Of a DNA stretch of 35,439 nucleotides, positions 1-7,363 are shown piece by piece. The stretch comes from Alphaproteobacteria bacterium. Lineage in GTDB: Bacteria; Pseudomonadota; Alphaproteobacteria; G02398745; G023898745. Position 1 is the stretch's first letter. Each line of letters opens with the position of its first letter. The notes beneath the pieces are model-generated. The model was not told where the DNA came from, did no database searches, and saw nothing but the letters and a program-made list of their open reading frames with translations. The position numbers and the translations under genes are program-made. The stretch covers positions 1 through 35,439 of the forward strand of contig DAHXKW010000146.1 in the NCBI GenBank assembly GCA_027366195.1, read 5' to 3'.

Positions 1-127
1 AATAATATTTATTTTATATTGTATTTAAAAAATAATTGTAATATGTGTCAAGTATCAAGAAAAAATCTCTTGTGTTACTTAACGATTATGCCCAATATAA
101 ATATAACGAGTACGTTAGTTTAGAATT

Positions 128-484
128 ATGGGATTAAAAAACCAAGAAGAAATGTCAATGGAAGAAATCTTGGCGTCTATTCGGCAATATGTATCCACAA
201 CCAATGATCGGCCATACAATGATACCGTTTCGAAGGTGGTTAAATTGACGGAAGAATTGGTAGAAGATGACGAGGAGGAAGTGACAGCACCACGTATAGT
301 GGAGACTTCGGCTAAACTGCGTTCTTCCCCTTTTTCCAAACTTCAAGAAGTAAAAAAGGTGTCCGAACAAGAGACCTTTTTTATGCAATTTTTTCGAGAT
401 ATCGTTTTAGAATGGTTAGACAGGCACCCTGACTTTGTTGAAAAAGCTGTACACAAAGCTATTAAGAAAGAATTAGAGGACTAA
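128..484 (+). CDS. popZ: PopZ-like / DUF2497 family protein (pole-organizing protein homolog), 118 aa
   Basis: The N-terminus MSMEEILASIRQYV matches the conserved MEEILASIRRII start of alphaproteobacterial PopZ/DUF2497. An acidic middle (EELVEDDEEEV) follows. The C-terminus FFRDIVLEWLDRHPDFVEKAVHKAIKKEL resembles the PopZ C-terminal LLRPLLKEWLDQNLPRIVE helix. The true start could be the internal ATG at MSMEE. Confidence 0.7.
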   Translation: MGLKNQEEMSMEEILASIRQYVSTTNDRPYNDTVSKVVKLTEELVEDDEEEVTAPRIVETSAKLRSSPFSKLQEVKKVSEQETFFMQFFRDIVLEWLDRHPDFVEKAVHKAIKKELED

Positions 485-492
485 TTTCTTAC

Positions 493-909
493 TTATTGAG
501 CTTTATTAAAGACACCAGGGGACATAGGGGCAGCGCAACCGCCGTATGATGGTTGTGGTTCACATCCTTCATGACAGATATTGCACGCTGTGCATTTTGA
601 GATGAGCATTTGTGGTGCGAAGAAGAGCATGATGGCGAGTAGGATCACAGCAACCATTCCACCTTCTAAGAATACCATTCCGAGTGTTGTTATAGGAACA
701 TCGATGTTTCCGCCAAGAGTTTGTGGGGGAGTTCCTCCTAGTAAGGTTGTTGGGAATGTGGTAATTGGTGATGACGGAGCTGGTGATCCTCCAGGTGCGC
801 TAGATGTTACGTTGAAGAATGTACCCTTATCGCCGAAGAAAAGTACGAAGAGGCAGAATAGTGCTGAAAATCCAATATACGCAAGTAGGATCCAAGCTAT
901 AGTTGTCAT
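493..909 (-). CDS. Small two-TM membrane protein with Pro/Ser/Thr/Gly-rich loop and Cys-rich C-terminal tail (paralog A), 138 aa
   Basis: Intact ORF preceded by AAGGAG-like SD (taaggagatttactcATG). Hydrophobic helices at roughly residues 3-25 and 80-100. The loop reads NVTSSAPGGSPAPSSPITTFPTTL and the tail reads KCTACNICHEGCEP..GGCAAP. A paralog lies at 1427-1801 with the same architecture. Confidence 0.75.
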   Translation of the reverse strand: MTTIAWILLAYIGFSALFCLFVLFFGDKGTFFNVTSSAPGGSPAPSSPITTFPTTLLGGTPPQTLGGNIDVPITTLGMVFLEGGMVAVILLAIMLFFAPQMLISKCTACNICHEGCEPQPSYGGCAAPMSPGVFNKAQ

Positions 910-967
910 GAGTAAATCTCCTTATTAATAGTTATTCTTTATTACACAATCTTCCGTGTACATTACT

Positions 968-997
968 ATTATATCAAAAAATTAATTAAAATTACAA
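968..997 (-). promoter_or_regulatory. Candidate sigma70 promoter for the Cys-rich gene at 493-909: -35 TTGTAA, 18 nt spacer, extended -10 TGATATAAT
   Basis: Read on the minus strand: TTGTAA (997-992), an 18 nt spacer, then TGA+TATAAT (976-968). The same arrangement is conserved almost base-for-base upstream of the paralog (1855-1884). Confidence 0.5.
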
Positions 998-1037
998 CTA
1001 TTTTTAATATTATAGTTAACCCCGTTTTAATATGAAC

Positions 1038-1110
1038 TGTCATCCTCGCGAAAGCGAGGATCCACAAACCGACCGCCGGCTAATAGATTCCCGTTTTCAT
1101 GAGGATGATA
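1038..1110 (+). repeat. Double-hairpin palindromic MITE/REP-like element, copy 1 (second hairpin degraded)
   Basis: tgtcATCCTCGCgaaaGCGAGGATc forms a perfect 8 bp stem with a GAAA loop (1042-1061). A ~25 nt spacer follows, then attcccgttttcatgaggatgata. It is collinear with the copy at 2009-2081. The ends tgtcatcc...ggatgata are imperfect terminal inverted repeats. Confidence 0.7.
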
Positions 1111-1142
1111 GTTCATTACATGATTTTTCAAAACTGATTGAA

Positions 1143-1370
1143 TGGGGGTCAAGAAGAAAAATAGCATGGAAAAGTTCGTGGTGTCTATTCGACAGTGAGT
1201 GTATGTCTAACACCAACGATCGGCCGCACAATGGATCTACCTAAAGTGGTTAAACTGACGGAAGATTTGGTGGAAGGTGAAAATGAGGAAGTGCAAGTAC
1301 CACGTATAGTGGAGACGCCTACCAAACCACGCCTTTTCCAAATCTGAAGCGGTGCTTTAGAATATTACTT
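1143..1370 (+). pseudogene. Decayed duplicate of the PopZ-like gene (premature stop, frame breaks, internal deletion)
   Basis: The nucleotide sequence is collinear with 128-~416. For example, atggaaaagttcgtggtgtctattcgacag matches atggaagaaatcttggcgtctattcggcaa, and aagtggttaaactgacggaagatttggtgga...ccacgtatagtggagac matches 233-310. The copy reads MEKFVVSIRQ then a stop, shifts frame, and lacks most of the C-terminal domain. Confidence 0.7.
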
Positions 1371-1426
1371 AAAAATGTAGGTAACATTCCATTTTATCAT
1401 AAAGAATTAGTTTCCCAACCCTTTAC

Positions 1427-1801
1427 TTAAGCAGCGCAACCACCGCAGCTTGGTTGAGGGGCTTCACATGCATTGCAGATGTTGCATGCAAGGCACTTGG
1501 AAATAAGCATGTGAGGTGCCAAGAATAGAAGAACTACAAGTAGTAGCGCAGCAATCATACCACCATCGACGAATACTAAGCCTAGTGTTGATAGTGTTAC
1601 GTCGATTGTGCCACCAAGCGTACCCGTGCCGCTTAAGGTTGTTGGGAATGTGGTAATTGGTGATGACGGAGCTGGTGTTCCTCCAGGTGCGCTAGATGTT
1701 ACGTTCAAGAATGTACCTTTATCACCGAACCAGAATACGAATAGGGTGAAGATAGCTGAAAAGCCAACGAATCCTAATAGGATCAAACCTAAAATTGTCA
1801 T
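1427..1801 (-). CDS. Small two-TM membrane protein with Pro/Ser/Thr/Gly-rich loop and Cys-rich C-terminal tail (paralog B), 124 aa
   Basis: Same architecture as 493-909. The loop NVTSSAPGGTPAPSSPITTFPTTL is nearly identical. The tail reads KCLACNICNACEAPQPSCGGCAA. An SD-like aaaggagg precedes the ATG. Confidence 0.75.
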   Translation of the reverse strand: MTILGLILLGFVGFSAIFTLFVFWFGDKGTFLNVTSSAPGGTPAPSSPITTFPTTLSGTGTLGGTIDVTLSTLGLVFVDGGMIAALLLVVLLFLAPHMLISKCLACNICNACEAPQPSCGGCAA

Positions 1802-1854
1802 AAAAAAACCTCCTTTAATTATTATTTATATACACATCTTCCGTGTACATTATT

Positions 1855-1884
1855 ATTATATCAAAAAATTAATTAAAATTACAA
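1855..1884 (-). promoter_or_regulatory. Candidate sigma70 promoter for the Cys-rich gene at 1427-1801 (same -35 TTGTAA / 18 nt / TGATATAAT)
   Basis: Minus-strand TTGTAA (1884-1879), an 18 nt spacer, then TGA+TATAAT (1863-1855). It is near-identical to 968-997. Confidence 0.5.
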
Positions 1885-2008
1885 ATATTTTTTATATTTT
1901 TTTAATTATGTTATTATATTGTTTAAGTATTTCCTTAAATAAACTTATTCAGTTTCGTGAGTTGAAGTGTTCAATGATGATACACAGAGATTTGAGCTAA
2001 GGTCTTAC

Positions 2009-2081
2009 TGTCATCCTCGCGAAAGCGAGGATCAATGAAGTGACCAACAGTCAATAGATTCCCGCTTTCGCGGGAATGACA
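2009..2081 (+). repeat. Double-hairpin palindromic MITE/REP-like element, copy 2 (both hairpins intact)
   Basis: Hairpin 1 is ATCCTCGC-gaaa-GCGAGGAT (2013-2032). Hairpin 2 is TTCCCGC-tttc-GCGGGAA (2059-2076). The termini tgtcat (2009-2014) and atgaca (2076-2081) are inverted repeats. The element lies immediately 3' of leuS. Confidence 0.75.
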
Positions 2082-2099
2082 AATTTGGGAATGAAGTAT

Positions 2100-4511
2100 C
2101 TATTGCATAACAAAACTGACCATACGTCCTGGTATGACAATGGTTTTGATTATATTTCCCGTTAAGAACGACGAGACGTGTTTTTTGGCCTCATCAATTA
2201 TATCTGATTCATTGATACCAGGACCCGCCTCAAATACAGCACGTTTTTTGCCATTTATTTGTACAACGATGGTATGTTTTTGTTCTGTAATGTAATCCGG
2301 ATTAAATATAGGCCAGAAGTGTTGATCAGAGTTAAGTAGCTCGGCCGCCAGGTGCGGCATGATAGGTGCAATGGTAATGATATAAATGTGTTTGATCTCA
2401 TTCCAAATATCAGAGTTCATGGTATCAAATCCTTTTTCAATCGCATTTCCAAGTTCACGGTGATGAGCGATAGCTTTGTTGAAAGCATGTTGTTCGTAGT
2501 CTTGGGTAATAAGTTTTAGATATTTATGGGCAATACCAAGTAATTCATCATTCCCTGTTTTTGCGGGTGGTATCATTTGAGTTAAGCGATAAATACGATT
2601 TGTATAACGCCAGCAGCCATCAAGCCCTTCGTCTGTCCATTCTAAATCTTTATCTGGTGGTGTATCTGACACAACAAACAACCGCGTTGTGTCAGCACCA
2701 TATTTATCAATGATTTCTTGTGGGTCAATGGTATTCTTTTTCGATTTGCTCATTTTTTCAGATCGGCCTATTGTTATAGGTTTTTTGGCCGTTTCTACTT
2801 CTTCCGGGTATATCCAATTTCCATCGCCATCCTTATAGGTTTTATGGCATACCATTCCCTGTGTTAACAGATGGGAGAATGGTTCGTCGAAGTTAACATA
2901 CCCCAAATCTCGTAAAGCTTTCACAAAGAAACGGGCATATAATAAATGCATAACAGCATGTTCGGGTCCACCAATGTACCAATCTACAGGATTCCACAGA
3001 TTTACAAGTGATGGGTCTAAAGGGACCTCAGCCTTTGGACAGCAATAACGAAGCCAATACCAAGAGGATTCAAAAAACGTATCTAAAGTATCCGTTTCTC
3101 GTTGTGCTGGGCTATGGCACTGGGGGCATGTTGTATGTTTCCAAGTAGGATGATGATCTAAGGGATTACCTGGTTGATCGAAAGTAACGTCGTCTGGTAG
3201 TTTGACAGGTAATCGTGTTTCAGGAATAGTCCCGCAATTTTCGCAATGTACCATTGGCACAGGACATCCCCAATAACGTTGGCGAGATATTCCCCAATCA
3301 CGTAAGCGGAATTGGATTGTTCCCTCGCCTTTATCTTCTTTTCTAAGATGCTCAACAACCTTTTTTTGCCCTTGTTCAATTGTTAATCCGTTTAAAAATT
3401 CAGAATCAAATATTTTATCCTGGTCATTGATGACAGGAATTATTGGCAAATTATATTTTAGTGCAAATTCATGATCTCTTTCGTCATGTGCGGGGCAGCC
3501 GAATAGAGCACCTGTACCGTAATCCATAACAACGAAATTAGCGACGTAGATCGGAAGTGGTTTGCCAGTAAAAGGATGTTGGGCAGTTAAATCTAATTTA
3601 TAGCCTTTCTTTTCGATTGTACTGATGACTTCTTCTGCTGTGGGGATAGCTTGGCATTCTTCGATAAATTTATTGAGCTTTGGGTCATTGATTTTTTCTA
3701 GAATAGGGTGATTGGCGGCAACAGCAACAAATGATGCGCCAAAGATGGTTTCAGGGCGTGTTGTATATATTTTGATTTTGTCATCATTACTTGTGTGAAA
3801 ATAAATATAGGCACCATGTGATTTTCCGATCCAATTTTCTTGCATTTTAACGATTCTATCGGGCCAACAGCCTTCAAGCTTTTTCAAGTTACTCAGTAGC
3901 TCATCCGCATATTTTGTTATACGCATAAACCACTGACGCATTTTTTTCTTTTCAACCATGGCTCCGGATCGCCACCCTTTACCATCGATAACTTGTTCAT
4001 TGGCTAAAACCGTATTTTCAACAGGATCCCAGTTAACATAAGATTCCTTTTGATAAATCAAACCTGCTTTATACATTTCAATAAAAAGCTGCTGCTCGTG
4101 TTTATAGTAATCTACATCACATGTGGCGAGTTCACATTCCCAGTCGTATGAGAAACCTAAAGATTTTAGCTGTTCACGCATTGTGGCGATATTAGCATAT
4201 GTCCATTTAGCAGGATGTTGTTTGTTTTGGAAGGCTGCATTTTCTGCAGGCAAACCAAACGCATCCCAACCCATTGGATGGAATACGTCGTAACCTTGCA
4301 TTCTTTTAAAGCGGGCTATTATGTCACCAATAGTGTAGTTACGTACGTGCCCCATATGGAGCTTACCGGAAGGATAGGGAAGCATTTCCAAAACGTAGTA
4401 CTTTTTATCTTTTCGCGGTGTGCCAACGGTATAAGTTTGTTCTTCAGCCCATTTTTTCTGCCACTTTTTCTCTGAGGCTTTAAATGAATAGACTGGATTG
4501 CCCGATGTCAT
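2100..4511 (-). CDS. leuS: Leucine--tRNA ligase
   Basis: 803 aa. It has the class I HIGH motif (PSGKLHMGHVRNY), KMSKS (SEKMSKSKKN) and typical LeuS blocks (RQRYWG, WDAFGLPAENAA). Confidence 0.97.
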   Translation of the reverse strand: MTSGNPVYSFKASEKKWQKKWAEEQTYTVGTPRKDKKYYVLEMLPYPSGKLHMGHVRNYTIGDIIARFKRMQGYDVFHPMGWDAFGLPAENAAFQNKQHPAKWTYANIATMREQLKSLGFSYDWECELATCDVDYYKHEQQLFIEMYKAGLIYQKESYVNWDPVENTVLANEQVIDGKGWRSGAMVEKKKMRQWFMRITKYADELLSNLKKLEGCWPDRIVKMQENWIGKSHGAYIYFHTSNDDKIKIYTTRPETIFGASFVAVAANHPILEKINDPKLNKFIEECQAIPTAEEVISTIEKKGYKLDLTAQHPFTGKPLPIYVANFVVMDYGTGALFGCPAHDERDHEFALKYNLPIIPVINDQDKIFDSEFLNGLTIEQGQKKVVEHLRKEDKGEGTIQFRLRDWGISRQRYWGCPVPMVHCENCGTIPETRLPVKLPDDVTFDQPGNPLDHHPTWKHTTCPQCHSPAQRETDTLDTFFESSWYWLRYCCPKAEVPLDPSLVNLWNPVDWYIGGPEHAVMHLLYARFFVKALRDLGYVNFDEPFSHLLTQGMVCHKTYKDGDGNWIYPEEVETAKKPITIGRSEKMSKSKKNTIDPQEIIDKYGADTTRLFVVSDTPPDKDLEWTDEGLDGCWRYTNRIYRLTQMIPPAKTGNDELLGIAHKYLKLITQDYEQHAFNKAIAHHRELGNAIEKGFDTMNSDIWNEIKHIYIITIAPIMPHLAAELLNSDQHFWPIFNPDYITEQKHTIVVQINGKKRAVFEAGPGINESDIIDEAKKHVSSFLTGNIIKTIVIPGRMVSFVMQ

Positions 4512-4667
4512 ATGTGTTTTTTTTATGATCTTGTCCTTTTATTCTACAACAGATTGAGCATAGGTTTTATCTCATGCTCCCATAAGTGACAATAGTAAAA
4601 TTTTCAGTTTTACTTTATTTATTTTTTAAATATATAATAAAAATAGGTAAATATTAATAAAAAATTA

Positions 4668-6044
4668 ATGGATCGCCTGGCGTTGGCCGCAGAGCTGATC
4701 ATCGGGCATGATTATGAATTAGCAATAGAAATGCTGAAAAAAGAACAGTCTTCAACAGGACTCTATTGGTTATCATTACTATATCGTTTATTCGATAAAT
4801 ATGCGGAAGAAAAAGAAGTTGTAGAAGCTGGCTTAAAAAGCACTTTAGAATCTGATTTGGTTGAGTATTTTTCTGCTCGGCAATATTGGCAGGATTTAGA
4901 CATTAATAAAAAAATGGTGCCACGCCAGTCTTTGCATATGCCGAGAAGTCCTTTGAAGATTCCAGATCCTGAAGATATAAGAAAGATGTGTTTTGTGACG
5001 GGTGGGGATTCAAATTATTTTCCACTTTTTGTGGAGGCAATTGAATCAATTCGTGCAACAAATTCATATAAGAATTGTGATGTGTTCGTATTTGATTGTG
5101 GTCTTACAGAAGAACAGAAGCGACATCTTCTAGAGGACTTACAGGTTAAAGCAGTGAGTGATCCAGGTTGGGATGTTAATGTGCCAATGACCTGCCAGCT
5201 TAATGAGCAAGGTGCGATTACTCAGTACCAAACACCTATTGGTTTTAAATGTATGGTAGCTAGACCCCATATGGATAAACATTTTCCTGGATATCGTTAT
5301 TATATGTGGATTGATGCTGATGCGTGGATTCAAGATGAGCGGGCAGTTGATTTATATTTAGACTATGCCAAAAGTCAGGGAATAGGGTTATCACATCACA
5401 TCACGTTTGATACTTATGATGACCACAATTGCTATTTTGTCCCACCTGTTTTAACGCCCGAAAATAAGATTTTCTTGAAAGGTAAACCTGCTGTTATTGT
5501 TTCTGCATTCTGTATAGATATTGAATCGGGTATATTCGATCAATGGCGTGAAAATTTCTATGACAATATAAAACAACAAGGATTTTGGTGGAATACGGAA
5601 GAACAGACTTTAGGATTAACTTTTCATCAAAGAAAGTTAAAGCATTTGGTTGAGCATCAAAACCACGCAGCTTTAGTGAGAGAAGGATTACCAATTGTTT
5701 ACGATAATGACAACGTCTTGCACTCGGCGCGTTCAAATCAGGTGTTAGGTACAATCCATATGAGTTCTGGGAAATGGTACCACTATTTCCCATCCCAGAA
5801 ACGCACGCACCCTATAAGAACGAATGAAGAATATCAGCATCACGTGCAACAGTATGGGTGGGGAAGCTTACGTGAGATTTGTTTTAAACACAAAATTGCG
5901 CCGAATCAGCTTGATGTACCCAATAGACATTTAATTTCTTGTAGATTCCGTGTATGGCCTTGGGAAGATAAGCCTGAGATAAAAGAGACACTTATTCAAG
6001 AAGCTAAAAGGGTATTGGTAAAGGGGGATGTATGTCACGTTTAA
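4668..6044 (+). CDS. GT-A fold (GT8-like) DxD nucleotide-sugar transferase-like protein with N-terminal helical module, paralog 1 (458 aa)
   Basis: CFVTGGDSNYFPLFVEAIESI...FVFDCGLTEEQK...ARPHMDKHFPGYRYYMWIDADAWIQDE resembles the GT8 blocks (xxAADDNY / DxGisxExk / RLxxPxLFPxxxKVLYLDxDxxV). No signal peptide or TM segment. A C-terminal FRVWPWEDK motif is shared with the next three genes. Confidence 0.8.
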   Translation: MDRLALAAELIIGHDYELAIEMLKKEQSSTGLYWLSLLYRLFDKYAEEKEVVEAGLKSTLESDLVEYFSARQYWQDLDINKKMVPRQSLHMPRSPLKIPDPEDIRKMCFVTGGDSNYFPLFVEAIESIRATNSYKNCDVFVFDCGLTEEQKRHLLEDLQVKAVSDPGWDVNVPMTCQLNEQGAITQYQTPIGFKCMVARPHMDKHFPGYRYYMWIDADAWIQDERAVDLYLDYAKSQGIGLSHHITFDTYDDHNCYFVPPVLTPENKIFLKGKPAVIVSAFCIDIESGIFDQWRENFYDNIKQQGFWWNTEEQTLGLTFHQRKLKHLVEHQNHAALVREGLPIVYDNDNVLHSARSNQVLGTIHMSSGKWYHYFPSQKRTHPIRTNEEYQHHVQQYGWGSLREICFKHKIAPNQLDVPNRHLISCRFRVWPWEDKPEIKETLIQEAKRVLVKGDVCHV

Positions 6045-7363
6045 ATGTTGCCGCTCAGCTAATTCGGGATGAAGAATATAAAACTGCGCTTGACATGCTT
6101 AAGCGGGATAACTCTTCTCAAGAAAGTTTATACTGGCAGTCTCTGATTTGTCGTTTGTTTGATCATTATGATGAAGAAAAGAAAATAATTGATATGGGGA
6201 TGCAAAAACATCCTAATTTTGTATATATGCAGGAAAGAGTGGTTTGGCATAAAAAGCCACTTTTTGATCGTTTGGTGCCACGGCAATCCCTACGTATGCC
6301 ACGAGATCCTTTGTTAACACCATCACAGTCAGCACTTGATCAGCTTTGTTTTGTAGTTGGTGGCGATAGCCATTATTTTCATATGATTGTTGAGTGTATA
6401 GAGTCTATTCGAGGGACAAGCCTTTATAAAGATGTGGCTGTTTGTGTTTTGGATTGTGGCCTTACAGATGACCAAAAGCATTATCTTGTTGAAGCTTTAA
6501 AAGTGGCTGAGATTCTTGCCGTTGATTGGCAGTATAAGGTCGATGGCTTTAAAACTTGTGATGGACCAGCACCAGAAGGTAAGTTAACACCATTGAATCC
6601 AGGACTTAAGGCTATTATGTCCAGGCCATTTTTGCATGATCTATTTCCTAATTATCGTTTTGTTTTTTGGATGGATGCTGATTCGTGGATACATGATGAA
6701 CGTAGTATTGATCGCCATCTTGATCTTTGTTTAAGGCAAGGTGTGGCGTTTGCTTTTCCTGATCGCATGCCGTTTTGTCAAAGATTGGTTTACCAATATC
6801 CTGTTATTGAACAGCGGTACAAGGAAAAATTGGCAAATTGGTTTCATGTTTCAGGAAATCAATGGGTTATTGATGCTCAAACGAACTTTTTTGAAGATTG
6901 GAAAAAATATTTAGATTATCACGCACAAAAATATGGATTTTGGCGAGCGATTGATGAAGAAAGCGCCATGATCGTTATGGAAGAACGTGGTATGACTGAA
7001 ATGCTGACTGAAAGAGATTTGTATATGTTGTACGCTTTTGGTTTGCCTGTTGTTAAAGACCAGTCGCAAACACTTTATCATCCCTGGAATGGGCAGGTAG
7101 TTGGTATTTTTTCAATGTTCCATCATAAATTTCAATATTATTGGCCAACAGTATTGTCGCCTTCAGGCGCTTTGTCTGAAGAACAGCTTAGGCAACATGT
7201 CCAAAATTATGCTCAATTATTAAAGATGGTGCAGCAAGGTCAGGATCCCTGTGGTTTGTATCCCGGTCAACCACAAATATCCCAGCACTTTAGAGTGTGG
7301 CCATGGGCAGATAAAGTTGAAATTCGTAGACTTTTAAAGGAGGTATCGCAATGTCAAAGCTAA
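6032..7363 (+). CDS. GT-A/GT8-like DxD transferase-like protein, paralog 2 (443 aa)
   Basis: CFVVGGDSHYFHMIVECIESI...VLDCGLTDDQK...SRPFLHDLFPNYRFVFWMDADSWIHDE...FRVWPWADK. SD AAGGGGGA lies at 6021-6028. The start overlaps the stop of paralog 1 by 13 nt. Confidence 0.8.
   Translation: MSRLNVAAQLIRDEEYKTALDMLKRDNSSQESLYWQSLICRLFDHYDEEKKIIDMGMQKHPNFVYMQERVVWHKKPLFDRLVPRQSLRMPRDPLLTPSQSALDQLCFVVGGDSHYFHMIVECIESIRGTSLYKDVAVCVLDCGLTDDQKHYLVEALKVAEILAVDWQYKVDGFKTCDGPAPEGKLTPLNPGLKAIMSRPFLHDLFPNYRFVFWMDADSWIHDERSIDRHLDLCLRQGVAFAFPDRMPFCQRLVYQYPVIEQRYKEKLANWFHVSGNQWVIDAQTNFFEDWKKYLDYHAQKYGFWRAIDEESAMIVMEERGMTEMLTERDLYMLYAFGLPVVKDQSQTLYHPWNGQVVGIFSMFHHKFQYYWPTVLSPSGALSEEQLRQHVQNYAQLLKMVQQGQDPCGLYPGQPQISQHFRVWPWADKVEIRRLLKEVSQCQS

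Noticed and set aside
581-928. 115 aa ORF on the + strand, and the analogous 130 aa ORF at 1608-2000
   Set aside because: Both are antisense shadows of the Cys-rich membrane genes. Their apparent conservation mirrors the conserved loop-coding DNA. They have no SD, and low-complexity translations run into AT-rich intergenic DNA.
1032-1244. 70 aa ORF (MNCHPRESEDPQ...)
   Set aside because: It is a chimera: a read-through of the palindromic repeat element (CHPRESEDP is the hairpin translated) joined to the decayed PopZ-like fragment. It is not a real gene.
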